Source: an uncultured Flavobacterium sp.
Lineage (GTDB): Bacteria; Bacteroidota; Bacteroidia; Flavobacteriales; Flavobacteriaceae
DNA length: 64,000 nt
Reading direction: 5' to 3'
Assembly: GCA_964593435.1 (NCBI GenBank)
Contig: CAZQGY010000005.1
Coordinates: 92 to 64,091, forward strand
Part shown: one piece after another, positions 21,022 to 31,166 of the stretch
Layout of the letters: every line of letters starts with the position of its first letter
Numbering within the stretch: position 1 is the stretch's first letter
Position numbers and translations under genes: made by a program
The notes under the pieces: model-generated
The model's input: only the letters and a program-made list of their open reading frames with translations
The model's database searches: none
Told to the model about the DNA's origin: nothing

Positions 21022-21137
21022 GTTTTCCGGAATTTTATTTGTGAATTCTGTTCAAAGATAAATCATAAATTTATTTTTAACAAATAATATCTTTTTTTTA
21101 ATACCATTTTATTTTCACCTTAAGAAAACAACAGCTA

Positions 21138-21683
21138 TTACCCAATAAAAAACAAAACAAGTAAAGGAATAATAATGCCTGCGAGTGCTAATTTCCATCC
21201 TCTATTTTTAAAACTAAACTTTCCTGCTGGAATCATTATTGCACCAGTAATAGCAATGGTTATTAATGACAAACCAAAAATATCACCATAGTATATCCAC
21301 CAATTTGAAGTAGACTTATGTAGTTTTATCATCTGACTAATTAATGGTGTTTTGTTATAGGTAGTAAGTTCACCCTTTCCTGTTTTTATATCAACTTCTA
21401 CATCGGTATTTTTATAAGAAATTCGTAACGTTTCTCCTTTAACTTTGTGTTTTCTGTAGGTGTCCTCCATATCAAATTGTTTGATGATATTTTTTGCAAA
21501 ATCTTCAGAAATAGCCTCTTTTTTAGGTATTTTAACTTCAATATTTTTGGTTTCTACATTGTATTTTTCAGCGTGAAATTGCTCTCTATGGTTCATTAAG
21601 ATTCCTGATAATGCAAAGGAAATAATTAAACCTATATAAAAATAACCTAAATCGCGGTGGATGTTTCTAGCTCTTAAATTCAT
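21138..21683 (-). CDS. PepSY-associated TM-helix domain protein
   Basis: RNIHRDLGYFY...LSGILMNH and KLHK...WWIYYGD motifs, directly downstream of a TBDR. Confidence 0.85.
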   Translation of the reverse strand: MNLRARNIHRDLGYFYIGLIISFALSGILMNHREQFHAEKYNVETKNIEVKIPKKEAISEDFAKNIIKQFDMEDTYRKHKVKGETLRISYKNTDVEVDIKTGKGELTTYNKTPLISQMIKLHKSTSNWWIYYGDIFGLSLITIAITGAIMIPAGKFSFKNRGWKLALAGIIIPLLVLFFIG

Positions 21684-21697
21684 TTTGCTTATTTGTT

Positions 21698-23929
21698 TTA
21701 AAATTTATACGAAACTGTTGTTGAAATCATTCTTGGGGCTATAGGTGTAACCGTATTATCATCGTAAACATAATAACTTGTTACATTTCCAATATTTGAT
21801 AATTTTGCTCTTATTGAAAAAGTATTGTTTGTGTATCCAATGGAAGCATCAAATTGTAAAAACCCAGCAACTGGAATTGGTTTTCTTGCTAATTCAGCCG
21901 GAGTAGATGCATTATTTGGACGCAATCTTCCACCTAGAATTTTTCCAACATATGAGGATTGAACTCCTATTTCAAACCCTGTTAATTTTGAATTTACAAA
22001 CGAATAAAATAAACTTGCATTTGCCGTGTTTTTTGGTGCGAAACGCAATTGAGTTCCTTTATCAAATATATTACTTTTTGTATATTTTGTTTCGTTAAAA
22101 CTATAGCCAGCCATCGCTCTAAAATTTTTAAAATTTCCAGAAATGTCTATTTCAATTCCTTTACTTGTATATGAACCTGCTAATTCTTTAATATTTGTAT
22201 TTATATTTCCATTTGAAAAATCAGTCTGAGCTAAATTTCCAAAATTGATACTATACCCCGTTACATTGGCATTTAATCGACCTTTAAAAAGCTCGTTTTT
22301 AATACCAATTTCAAATTGATTTATAGTTGAATGAGGTAAAGCTTGAAAATTTTTATCTGTTCCCGTATTTAACACAAATGAATCTGCATAACTGGCAAAG
22401 ATTGAATTGGTTTTTGTAGGTTGAAATACTATTCCCAATTTTGACGAAATAATATTGTCATTAGTTTTAGTTTCAACATTACTACCAGTTGAAAATGTAG
22501 TTGTATTGGTAATACTTTCCAAGTAACTGTATCGTAAACCTGTTAAAACTTTTAATTTGGAGGTTACTTCTATAAAATCTTGTATATAAAATCCAGCGCG
22601 TTTTACTGCTGCATCAGCTAAAGTATTTTTATTTAATATTGGAATAGTTGTAGCACTATAAGTTGGATTTTTATCAATTACCAAACTTGGATTAAAAATA
22701 TTGATTTTATCAAAATAATTTATTGTTAAATAATTTAAAGTTCCTGTGTTTGATTTGTCTGCATCTACACCCAAAAGAATCGTATGTTTAATAGTTCCTG
22801 TTTTAAAATTTCCTGTTAGATCTATTTCCGCAAAAGTGTAGTCTTGTTCTGTGTCTGCTTTTTGTACGCCTCTTACCCAATCTCCATTTGCTTGAACTAA
22901 ATTATTATTAGGTGATGTTGGAGTTAGATTTCCTGAGTTGGGTCTTGAACTGGATAATAAATTAGTGGTAAAACCTTGATACGATAAAATCCCCTTCAAC
23001 TGCCAATTTGAATTAATCTTATGATTTATTGTAGCAGCAATACTTTCTTGTTTACTATCAAATGTAGCCCAATCAAAATTTAAAAAAGTTCTTCGTGGCA
23101 ACGCTACAACTTTATAATCGATTGTAGTTAAACCGAAATCTGGCGTTCTGCTATCTTTTAAATAATCTGCTTCTACTAATAAAGTGGTTTTTTTAGTCAA
23201 ATTAAATTGAAAAGAAGGATTAATATAAAATCGTTCACTAGTTACAACATCTCTAAAACTATTTCCTGTTTCATAACTTGTAACTAATCGATAAGCAGTT
23301 GTTTGACTTTTATCTAAACTTCCGTAAATATCAATAATTGGTTTATAGAAATCATATTCTGATGCTCGAAAACTTATTTCGCCACCTGATTGAAATTTAG
23401 GTTTTTTTGTTTCTAAATTCAAAATTCCACCTGGAGCTACATTTCCGTATAACAAAGCCGAACTACCTTTTAATATTTCAATACTTTCCAAAGAAGCCGT
23501 TTCTGGAATTAGTGAACCATTAAAACGAATGCCGTTTTTAAACGTGTTTCCACCACTAAATGTAAAGCCTCTGGAACCATATTCTTCCTGATTATTTCCA
23601 GAAGCATTACTTGCACCAGACACATATACGCCATTTGTGTTTTTTAGCGCATCCGAAATTCGTAAAATTTGTTGTTGTTCTAGTGTTGTTCTATCTATAA
23701 TTGCTACTGCTTGTGGCAAATCCAATGCTTTAATTGGTAACTTTCCGGCGGTTACAGAACCCTTTTGTATTTTTTTGACAATTACTACTTCTTCAATCGC
23801 TTTGCCTTTTTTCTTAATGGTATCATTCTCAAAATCAAAGGCAAAATCATTAGAAAATCTATTTTCAACTTGTCCAAATACGAATTGAACTCCAACAAAC
23901 ATTACAAAAACTAAAATATATTTCTTCAT
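21698..23929 (-). CDS. TonB-dependent siderophore-type receptor
   Basis: Plug LDLPQAVAII, ESIEILKGSSALLYG, APGGILNLETK and terminal PRMISTTVSYKF. Confidence 0.9.
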   Translation of the reverse strand: MKKYILVFVMFVGVQFVFGQVENRFSNDFAFDFENDTIKKKGKAIEEVVIVKKIQKGSVTAGKLPIKALDLPQAVAIIDRTTLEQQQILRISDALKNTNGVYVSGASNASGNNQEEYGSRGFTFSGGNTFKNGIRFNGSLIPETASLESIEILKGSSALLYGNVAPGGILNLETKKPKFQSGGEISFRASEYDFYKPIIDIYGSLDKSQTTAYRLVTSYETGNSFRDVVTSERFYINPSFQFNLTKKTTLLVEADYLKDSRTPDFGLTTIDYKVVALPRRTFLNFDWATFDSKQESIAATINHKINSNWQLKGILSYQGFTTNLLSSSRPNSGNLTPTSPNNNLVQANGDWVRGVQKADTEQDYTFAEIDLTGNFKTGTIKHTILLGVDADKSNTGTLNYLTINYFDKINIFNPSLVIDKNPTYSATTIPILNKNTLADAAVKRAGFYIQDFIEVTSKLKVLTGLRYSYLESITNTTTFSTGSNVETKTNDNIISSKLGIVFQPTKTNSIFASYADSFVLNTGTDKNFQALPHSTINQFEIGIKNELFKGRLNANVTGYSINFGNLAQTDFSNGNINTNIKELAGSYTSKGIEIDISGNFKNFRAMAGYSFNETKYTKSNIFDKGTQLRFAPKNTANASLFYSFVNSKLTGFEIGVQSSYVGKILGGRLRPNNASTPAELARKPIPVAGFLQFDASIGYTNNTFSIRAKLSNIGNVTSYYVYDDNTVTPIAPRMISTTVSYKF

Positions 23930-23932
23930 TTT

Positions 23933-24016
23933 TTATTTAGAATAAATTAAAATAACACTACAAATGTAAAACGCAAAACAATAAAAAACAAGTTTATTTA
24001 GAATAAATAAAAATAA
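23933..24016 (-). promoter_or_regulatory. TBDR promoter flanked by two near-identical 23-bp Fur-box-like operators
   Basis: TTATTTAGAATAAATTAAAATAA (23933-23955) and TTATTTAGAATAAATAAAAATAA (23994-24016) bracket the -7 TACATTTG (23961-23968) and -33 TTG (23989-23991). Confidence 0.7.
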
Positions 24017-24115
24017 TAATTCTAAGTTATTGAGAATCAAAAAGAAAAAGTTTTGAAAGTAATATTTTAAAACTTTAAACTAAAATTGTAACTTTGTCAA
24101 CCAAAATAAGAAGAC

Positions 24116-25189
24116 ATGTTAGACAGATTACAATACGTAAAACAACGTTTCGACGAAATATCAGATTTGATTATTCAACCTGATGTTATTGCCGATCAGA
24201 AACGTTATGTACAATTAAACCAAGAATATAAAAGTTTAAATGCGTTAGTTCAAAAACGTGAAGAATATATAACTCTGGATGCTAACGTAAAAGAAGCGCA
24301 AGAAATAATTGCAGATGGTTCTGATGCCGAAATGGTTGAAATGGCAAAAATGCAATTAGAAGAAGCCAAAGAACGTTTGCCTTTATTAGAAGAAGAAATC
24401 AAATTTATGTTGATTCCTAAAGATCCAGAAGATGCAAAAAACGTAATGGTTGAAATTCGTGCCGGTACAGGTGGTGATGAAGCTTCTATTTTTGCAGGTG
24501 ATTTATATCGTATGTACACCAAATATTGTGAAGGTCGAGGTTGGAAATGTTCTGTAGTAGATATGAGTGATGGAACATCAGGTGGCTTTAAAGAGGTCAT
24601 TTTTGAAGTAACCGGTGAAGATGTATATGGTGCTTTAAAATACGAAGCTGGAGTACATAGAGTACAACGAGTTCCGCAAACAGAAACGCAAGGTCGTGTA
24701 CACACTTCCGCAGCTACTGTAATGGTTTTACCAGAAGCAGAAGAATTTGACGTTCAAATTGACATGAATGATGTTCGTGTAGATTTCTTCTGTTCTTCAG
24801 GGCCTGGAGGACAATCTGTAAACACTACTAAATCGGCAGTGCGATTGACTCACATTCCTTCAGGATTAGTTGCACAATGTCAGGATCAAAAATCGCAACA
24901 TAAAAATAAAGATAAAGCATTAACTGTTTTACGTTCTCGTTTATACGAACAAGAATTAGCAAAAAAACAAGAGGAAGATGCCAAAACACGTACTTCTCAA
25001 GTTAGTTCAGGTGATCGTTCTGCTAAAATTAGAACTTACAATTACCCTCAAGGTCGTGTAACCGACCATAGAATTGGTGTTGACGTTTTTGATATGGACG
25101 GAGTAATGTCTGGTAAAATTCATAAATTTATTGACGAATTACAATTAGTTGCCAATACTGAAAAATTAAAAGAATCGGAAGTATATTAA
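24116..25189 (+). CDS. prfA: Peptide chain release factor 1
   Basis: GTGGDEA, PQT anticodon-mimic and GGQ motifs. TAACTTTG promoter at 24089-24096. Confidence 0.96.
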   Translation: MLDRLQYVKQRFDEISDLIIQPDVIADQKRYVQLNQEYKSLNALVQKREEYITLDANVKEAQEIIADGSDAEMVEMAKMQLEEAKERLPLLEEEIKFMLIPKDPEDAKNVMVEIRAGTGGDEASIFAGDLYRMYTKYCEGRGWKCSVVDMSDGTSGGFKEVIFEVTGEDVYGALKYEAGVHRVQRVPQTETQGRVHTSAATVMVLPEAEEFDVQIDMNDVRVDFFCSSGPGGQSVNTTKSAVRLTHIPSGLVAQCQDQKSQHKNKDKALTVLRSRLYEQELAKKQEEDAKTRTSQVSSGDRSAKIRTYNYPQGRVTDHRIGVDVFDMDGVMSGKIHKFIDELQLVANTEKLKESEVY

Positions 25190-25213
25190 GAATTTGCGAT
25201 TTCTAAATTTTAT

Positions 25214-25245
25214 AAAGACTCTGGAATATTTTCAGAGTTTTTTTT
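25214..25245 (+). terminator. prfA terminator
   Basis: ACTCTG...CAGAGT stem followed by T8. Confidence 0.7.
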
Positions 25246-25312
25246 ATAAACTTTTCTTAAACAATAGTTTTTTACAATAGAAATTTTTACTTTTATCACA
25301 AATATTGATATC

Positions 25313-26245
25313 ATGACCATTACCCAATTATATTACGTTTTAGCTGTAGCTGAAAACAAAAATTTTACTTTAGCTGCCGAAAAATGTTTTGTTACACAAC
25401 CTACATTAAGCATGCAAATTCAAAAATTAGAAGAAGAATTAGACATTCAAATTTTTGATAGAACAAAAAAACCTATTGGTTTAACAGATGTAGGAAGCAA
25501 AATTGTAACGCAAGCAAAAAACATAGTTAACGAAGCAAATAGAATTAAAGACATTGTAGACCAACAAAAAGGGTTTATTGGTGGCGATTTCCGAATTGGA
25601 ATGATTCCAACTGTAATGCCAACATTGTTACCCATGTTTTTAAATACATTCATTAAAAAGTATCCAAAAGTAAACTTAATTGTAGAAGAATTAAATACTT
25701 CGGATATTATTACTAAACTTAAAAACGGACATTTAGATTGTGCTATTGCCGCTACGCCTTTAGATGAAGAAAAACTTAAGGAAATTGTATTATATTATGA
25801 ACCGTTTGTAGCATATATGCCAGAAAATAGTCTTAATAAAGCAAAAAAAGAAATAGAAGTGGCTGATTTGGATATAGAAAAAATATTGCTTTTACAAGAC
25901 GGCCATTGCTTTAGAAATAGTGTTTTAAATCTTTGTAAAAACAATAATTTTATCGGAGAAAATCATTTTCAACTGGAAAGTGGTAGTTTTGAAACTTTAA
26001 TTAAATTATCCGATGAAGGCTTAGGGACTACGCTACTTCCCTATTTACACACGTTAGATTTAAACGACAAAAACAAAACAAAACTAAAGCAGTTTGTTAA
26101 CCCAAAACCATCCAGAGAAGTGAGTTTAATTTTCTCTAAAAACGAATTAAAAATTCATATTATTGATGCGTTAAAAACCACTATTCAAAGTGTAGTTCGA
26201 GGTGCAATTGCGTTTAGTGATGTGGAAATTGTAAGCCCGAAGTAA
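25313..26245 (+). CDS. oxyR: LysR regulator, OxyR-like peroxide sensor
   Basis: LysR HTH (TQPTLSMQIQKLE) and the DGHCFRNSVLNLC C-x8-C redox motif. Confidence 0.8.
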   Translation: MTITQLYYVLAVAENKNFTLAAEKCFVTQPTLSMQIQKLEEELDIQIFDRTKKPIGLTDVGSKIVTQAKNIVNEANRIKDIVDQQKGFIGGDFRIGMIPTVMPTLLPMFLNTFIKKYPKVNLIVEELNTSDIITKLKNGHLDCAIAATPLDEEKLKEIVLYYEPFVAYMPENSLNKAKKEIEVADLDIEKILLLQDGHCFRNSVLNLCKNNNFIGENHFQLESGSFETLIKLSDEGLGTTLLPYLHTLDLNDKNKTKLKQFVNPKPSREVSLIFSKNELKIHIIDALKTTIQSVVRGAIAFSDVEIVSPK

Positions 26246-26311
26246 TTTACGATTTACGATTTACGATTTACGATTTAAAATATGGAATTTGGAATTTTGG
26301 ATTTGGAATTT
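26245..26311. repeat. Heptamer tandem repeats between convergent genes
   Basis: (ATTTACG)x4 at 26245-26272, then degenerate TGGAATT units at 26283-26311. Confidence 0.85.
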
Positions 26312-26931
26312 TATATGACATTTACATCACCTTTTCCTTCTCTTAAAATAATTGGTTCGTGACCTGTTAAATCGATAATAGTTGATGCTATGTTTTCCCC
26401 GTAACCGCCATCAATAACTAAATCGACTTGGTTTTGCCATTTCTCGAAAATTAATTCCGGATCGGTGGAATATTCAATTACCTCATCTTCATCGTGAATG
26501 GATGTTGAAACAATTGGATTACCCAACATTTCCACAATTTGAATGGCAATATTATTATCTGGTACTCGAATTCCGACTGTTTTTTTCTTACGGAAGTCTT
26601 TTGGTAAGTCGTTATTTCCTGGTAAAATAAACGTATACGCCCCAGGTAACGCTCGTTTTAAAATTTTAAAAGTTGGCGTATCAATTTGCTTTACGTAATC
26701 GGAAATATTGCTTAAACTACTACAAACAAAAGAAAAATTTGCTTTTTCCAGTTTAATTCCTTTCAATTTAGCTAATCTTTCTAAGGCACGAGAATTGGTA
26801 ATATCACAACCCAAACCATAAACGGTATCGGTTGGGTAAATGACCAATCCACCGTTTTTTAAAACTTCCACTACTTTTTTAATGGCTGTTTCATTTGGTT
26901 TGTCTTCGTATATTTTTATGAATTCTGCCAT
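26311..26931 (-). CDS. Sua5/YciO/YrdC family protein (threonylcarbamoyl-AMP synthase-like)
   Basis: YPTDTVYGLGC, PGAYTFIL, VGIRVP and STS motifs. Confidence 0.9.
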   Translation of the reverse strand: MAEFIKIYEDKPNETAIKKVVEVLKNGGLVIYPTDTVYGLGCDITNSRALERLAKLKGIKLEKANFSFVCSSLSNISDYVKQIDTPTFKILKRALPGAYTFILPGNNDLPKDFRKKKTVGIRVPDNNIAIQIVEMLGNPIVSTSIHDEDEVIEYSTDPELIFEKWQNQVDLVIDGGYGENIASTIIDLTGHEPIILREGKGDVNVI

Positions 26932-26972
26932 ATTATTTTTTGCTTTATGCCGTAAGCTTAATGCTTAAAGCG

Positions 26973-29306
26973 TTATCCAATCACATTTAACTTTGCAAAT
27001 CGTAACAACAACTTCTTCAAGCCACCAACATCAAAACGTATTTCCGCTTTTTTGTCGGCTCCTACACCTTCTAATCCTACAATTTCGCCTTTTCCAAAAC
27101 GTTCGTGCATTACAATATTTCCAACAGCTAAATTAGCATCTGTAACATTGCTGTTAGTGCTACCTGCACCACTACTCAATGGTTTTAATCTTCTAATATT
27201 AACAGACGAAACCGGTTCGTTTTTGGTAATATATTCAGGTGGCGTTCCAGCAGTTGGTTTAGCCAATCGCAATTTAGATTTATCCACATCTCCAAATATG
27301 TCAATATCCATAGTTGATTTGTATCGGTAACCCGAATCTATCGGATTCATATATTCCAAATATTCATCATTAATTTCTTCGATAAAACGAGAGGGTTCAC
27401 TATCTACTAATTTTCCCCAACGGTAACGCGATTGCGCATACGTTAAATAAGCCTGATGTTCGGCACGAGTTAAGGCTACATAAAACAATCTTCTTTCTTC
27501 TTCCAATTCGCTTCGTGTATTCATGCTCATCGCGCTTGGAAACAAATCTTCTTCCATTCCTACCACAAAAACGTGTGGAAACTCTAATCCTTTTGCTAAG
27601 TGAATCGTCATTAACGCCACTCTATCATCATCGCCCGTGTCTTTATCTAAATCTGTAGCCAACGCCACATCTTCCATAAATTCTGCTAAAGCACCGCGCG
27701 CACCATCAATTTCTTTTTGACCTTCGGTAAAATCTTTAATACCGTTTAATAATTCTTCAATATTTTCGATTCGAGCAATTCCTTCAGGCGTGCCGTCTTT
27801 TTTTAATTCTTGAACTAAACCAGTTTTCTTCGTTACGTGGTCAGTAAGTGTAAAAGCATCTTGTTGTTCATTGATGACTTGAAAACTTTTTATCATCGTC
27901 ACAAAATCTTGCAACTTGGTTTTCGTACCAGAGTTTAATTTTAAATCGATTTTATCAATATGCTCCATTACTTCAAAAATGGAACGTTTATAATGATTGG
28001 CTGCTACTGTTAATTTCTCAACTGTAGTATCTCCTATTCCACGCGCTGGATAATTAATTACTCGCACTAACGCTTCTTCGTCTTTCGGATTGATTACCAA
28101 TCGTAAATAAGACAATACATCTTTAATTTCTTTACGTTGATAAAACGATAATCCGCCATAAATTCGGTACGGAATATCTCTTTTTCGCAATGCATCTTCC
28201 ATAGCACGAGATTGCGCGTTGGTACGATACAAAATAGCAAAATGCGAATTCGGTAATTGATTTTGCATTTTTTGTTCGAAGATTGTTCCGGCTACAAATC
28301 GCCCTTCTTCTCCATCAGTTACACTTCTATGCACTTTAATTTTAGGGCCGTCATCATTAGCGGTCCAAACAATTTTATCTAGTTTGGTTTTATTCTTATC
28401 GATAACATTATTTGCCGCTTCTACAATGTTTTTAGATGAACGATAATTTTGTTCTAATCGGAACATCTTTACACCATCGTAATCTTTTTGAAAGTTTAAA
28501 ATATTATTGATATTCGCACCACGAAATGCATAAATACTTTGCGCATCATCACCTACCACACAAATATTCTGAAATCTATCTGAAAGTGCTTTTACAATTA
28601 GATATTGAGAATGATTGGTATCTTGGTACTCATCAACTAAAATATATCTAAATCTATCTTGATATTTAGCTAAAACGTCTGGAAAACGATTTAATAACTC
28701 ATTGGTTTTCAACAATAAATCATCAAAATCCATCGCACCCGATTTGAAACAACGTTCTACATAATTATTGTAAATTTCTCCCATTCGAGGCTTTTTGCTC
28801 ATCGCATCGGCTTCTTGTAGTTCGGGATTATTAAAATACGCTCGAACTGTAATTAATGAGTTTTTATATTGTGAAATTCTACCTAAAATTTGTTTGGGTT
28901 TATAAACATCTTTATCCAATTGCATTTCCTTAATAATGCCACCCAAACATCGTAAAGAATCTTGAGAATCGTAAATAGTGAAATTAGAAGGATAACCTAA
29001 TTTTTCAGCTTCACTTCGTAAAATTTTAGCAAAAACAGAGTGAAATGTACCCATCCAAAGGTTTTTAGCTTCATTATTTCCCACAATTTCAGCAATACGT
29101 TTTTTCATTTCACGTGCGGCTTTATTCGTAAATGTTAAGGCTAAAATATTAAACGCATCAACACCTTGATGCATCAAGTTAGCAATTCGAACGGTAAGCA
29201 CACGTGTTTTGCCTGAACCAGCACCCGCAATAACAATCATAGCACCGTCTTTTTGCAAAACTGGCGCACGTTGTGCCTCATTTAATTGATTGATGTATTG
29301 TTGCAT
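26973..29306 (-). CDS. uvrD: ATP-dependent DNA helicase UvrD/PcrA
   Basis: AGAGSGKT, DEYQD, QNYRS, HLAKGLEF and EERRLFYVA motifs, plus a C-terminal Tudor-like HERFG. Confidence 0.93.
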   Translation of the reverse strand: MQQYINQLNEAQRAPVLQKDGAMIVIAGAGSGKTRVLTVRIANLMHQGVDAFNILALTFTNKAAREMKKRIAEIVGNNEAKNLWMGTFHSVFAKILRSEAEKLGYPSNFTIYDSQDSLRCLGGIIKEMQLDKDVYKPKQILGRISQYKNSLITVRAYFNNPELQEADAMSKKPRMGEIYNNYVERCFKSGAMDFDDLLLKTNELLNRFPDVLAKYQDRFRYILVDEYQDTNHSQYLIVKALSDRFQNICVVGDDAQSIYAFRGANINNILNFQKDYDGVKMFRLEQNYRSSKNIVEAANNVIDKNKTKLDKIVWTANDDGPKIKVHRSVTDGEEGRFVAGTIFEQKMQNQLPNSHFAILYRTNAQSRAMEDALRKRDIPYRIYGGLSFYQRKEIKDVLSYLRLVINPKDEEALVRVINYPARGIGDTTVEKLTVAANHYKRSIFEVMEHIDKIDLKLNSGTKTKLQDFVTMIKSFQVINEQQDAFTLTDHVTKKTGLVQELKKDGTPEGIARIENIEELLNGIKDFTEGQKEIDGARGALAEFMEDVALATDLDKDTGDDDRVALMTIHLAKGLEFPHVFVVGMEEDLFPSAMSMNTRSELEEERRLFYVALTRAEHQAYLTYAQSRYRWGKLVDSEPSRFIEEINDEYLEYMNPIDSGYRYKSTMDIDIFGDVDKSKLRLAKPTAGTPPEYITKNEPVSSVNIRRLKPLSSGAGSTNSNVTDANLAVGNIVMHERFGKGEIVGLEGVGADKKAEIRFDVGGLKKLLLRFAKLNVIG

Positions 29307-29366
29307 GGTTGATATTGGATAATTAGGAAAGCAAAAATACAGATTATGAAGTGATTTTACCTGTTT

Positions 29367-30545
29367 TTAATTGTCTTTTAACTGTAAATTATCAACAATT
29401 TTTTTTTCTTCTGAAGTTAACAACAAACCGGAATTGGTTTCCCAATATTCAGTAATTATAGCGTTTTTCTTATTAATTAAAGATTTTTCTTTAAAAACAT
29501 CTTCTTTTTCATAAGGTACAAATTTTCTACTATGTTGTGTGGTGATTAAATAATTGGCTATTTCCACCTTATTTTCCACATCCTTTTTATCTTTTACCAT
29601 CAACCCTATTTCTTCTTTTGTACTGGCTAAAAAATAATCGTCACCATCTAAAATATATAAGGCTTTAAAGATGGAATTGAATACCTTTCCTTTTACAACT
29701 TTTAAATTAGAAACATCTGAATATTCAAATCGATTGGGTTCTACAAAATATTCTAATTCTAAGATAATATTCTTTTTATTATCATAAATTACGGTTACAG
29801 TTGGTAAAAACTCTTCGATTTCTGGTTTTGGAACAATTACCATTTGATAAAAATCCGCTTTTCCTTTCACCGTTTTTATTTCGAAATCGAATTTCTTTTT
29901 AGCTTTTGATTCTGCTAAATTAGAAATGTATTTAAAATCATAATAATTCTGAATGATGTCATACATATTATAACTCAATGTCTTTTTTTCAATTTTTTCG
30001 TTGTTTATTAAATTATACGTTCTGTTTTGTTCAACTAAAATATCAGCGGCAAATTTGTCAGGCTTTTCTTTCAAACAAAAATTAACCAAACCATCAGAAT
30101 AGGAAGTGTATTCATTATTGTATTTAAAAAATTCTCTGGAATATATTTTTAAATTAATAGGTGCGGTAAGTTGTTTCATTGATTTATTAATCAATGTTTT
30201 AAGTATGCTAAAAGATTGACGATTAGTAATCACAACATCTTCAATATTCTGTGAAATATTATCTAAAAAAATAACCGTTTCTGCATCTTTCAAAGTAGCC
30301 GAATTAACACTTAATTCTTTGTATTCATTATGCTTAATATTTATTCTAGATGGTTTATTTAAATTAAACTTCACCAACCCTTCTTTATTGCTTTGAAAAT
30401 TTTCATCTGTTCTTAAAATCGCAACAGCAACATTTTCAATTAAAGCGCCTGACGTTTTATCTTTAAATACTAATATCACCGCTTTTGTCTGAGAAAACGA
30501 CAAAACAGAAAAAAGAATCAAACCGAAAAAAAACAAATTTTTCAT
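29367..30545 (-). CDS. Hypothetical secreted protein with carboxypeptidase-regulatory-like N-domain
   Basis: Signal peptide from MKNLFF (ATG 30545), KDKTSGALIENV...IEDVVI N-domain pattern, ITEYWE C-terminus. Confidence 0.7.
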   Translation of the reverse strand: MKNLFFFGLILFSVLSFSQTKAVILVFKDKTSGALIENVAVAILRTDENFQSNKEGLVKFNLNKPSRINIKHNEYKELSVNSATLKDAETVIFLDNISQNIEDVVITNRQSFSILKTLINKSMKQLTAPINLKIYSREFFKYNNEYTSYSDGLVNFCLKEKPDKFAADILVEQNRTYNLINNEKIEKKTLSYNMYDIIQNYYDFKYISNLAESKAKKKFDFEIKTVKGKADFYQMVIVPKPEIEEFLPTVTVIYDNKKNIILELEYFVEPNRFEYSDVSNLKVVKGKVFNSIFKALYILDGDDYFLASTKEEIGLMVKDKKDVENKVEIANYLITTQHSRKFVPYEKEDVFKEKSLINKKNAIITEYWETNSGLLLTSEEKKIVDNLQLKDN

Positions 30546-30636
30546 ACTAACACTCTGATATACTAACAAATATAAGAAATTATAAATGGATTTATTTTAT
30601 TTAAAAAAATATTTTAGATTTGTAAAAAAACAATCG

Positions 30637-31161
30637 ATGAACATTGAAGTAAAGATATTAGAAATTGCCACATATACATTACCTGCAATTATTACTGGCG
30701 GAGTAGCGTTTGGTTTGTTACATAAATTTTTCAAAAACGAAGAAAATAAACGAAAATTCGAATTACTAAGAGAAAATCAGCGCTTAGGGTTACCCATTAG
30801 ATTGCAAGCTTATGAGCGGATTGTTTTATTTTTGGAACGCATCAATCCAATTAACTTAATGATGCGTGTAGAACCTAACACTTTAGATCCTCAAAGTTAC
30901 GCAACACTTCTAGTCCATACTATTCAAACTGAATACGAACACAATATTGCGCAACAAATATATTTCACTCAAGAAAGTTGGGAAATTATTTTAAAAGCCA
31001 AAAACAGTATTATTACTCAAATTAGAAGATTTTCTATTGAAGGTGAAGTAAAATCTGGAGAAGAATTACGCACGAAACTACTTCAAGAACTCACGCAAAC
31101 AGAAAGCGCAAGTGCCGTAGCGATTGGTTTTATTAAAGAAGAATTGAAACGTATTTTTTAA
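30637..31161 (+). CDS. Conserved-type hypothetical single-TM protein
   Basis: One N-terminal TM followed by RLQAYERIVLFLERI and EYEHNIAQQIY helices. ATG 30637 chosen as start. Confidence 0.7.
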   Translation: MNIEVKILEIATYTLPAIITGGVAFGLLHKFFKNEENKRKFELLRENQRLGLPIRLQAYERIVLFLERINPINLMMRVEPNTLDPQSYATLLVHTIQTEYEHNIAQQIYFTQESWEIILKAKNSIITQIRRFSIEGEVKSGEELRTKLLQELTQTESASAVAIGFIKEELKRIF

Positions 31162-31166
31162 TATTT

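Noticed and set aside
3991-25189. prfB and prfA within about 20 kb as a functional cluster
   Set aside because: They are in separate transcription units with unrelated genes between them, and no shared motif was seen.
25261-25297. ACAATAG direct repeat upstream of oxyR as an OxyR autoregulatory box
   Set aside because: The spacing does not fit the ATAG-N7-CTAT pattern, and the region is too AT-rich to support the call.
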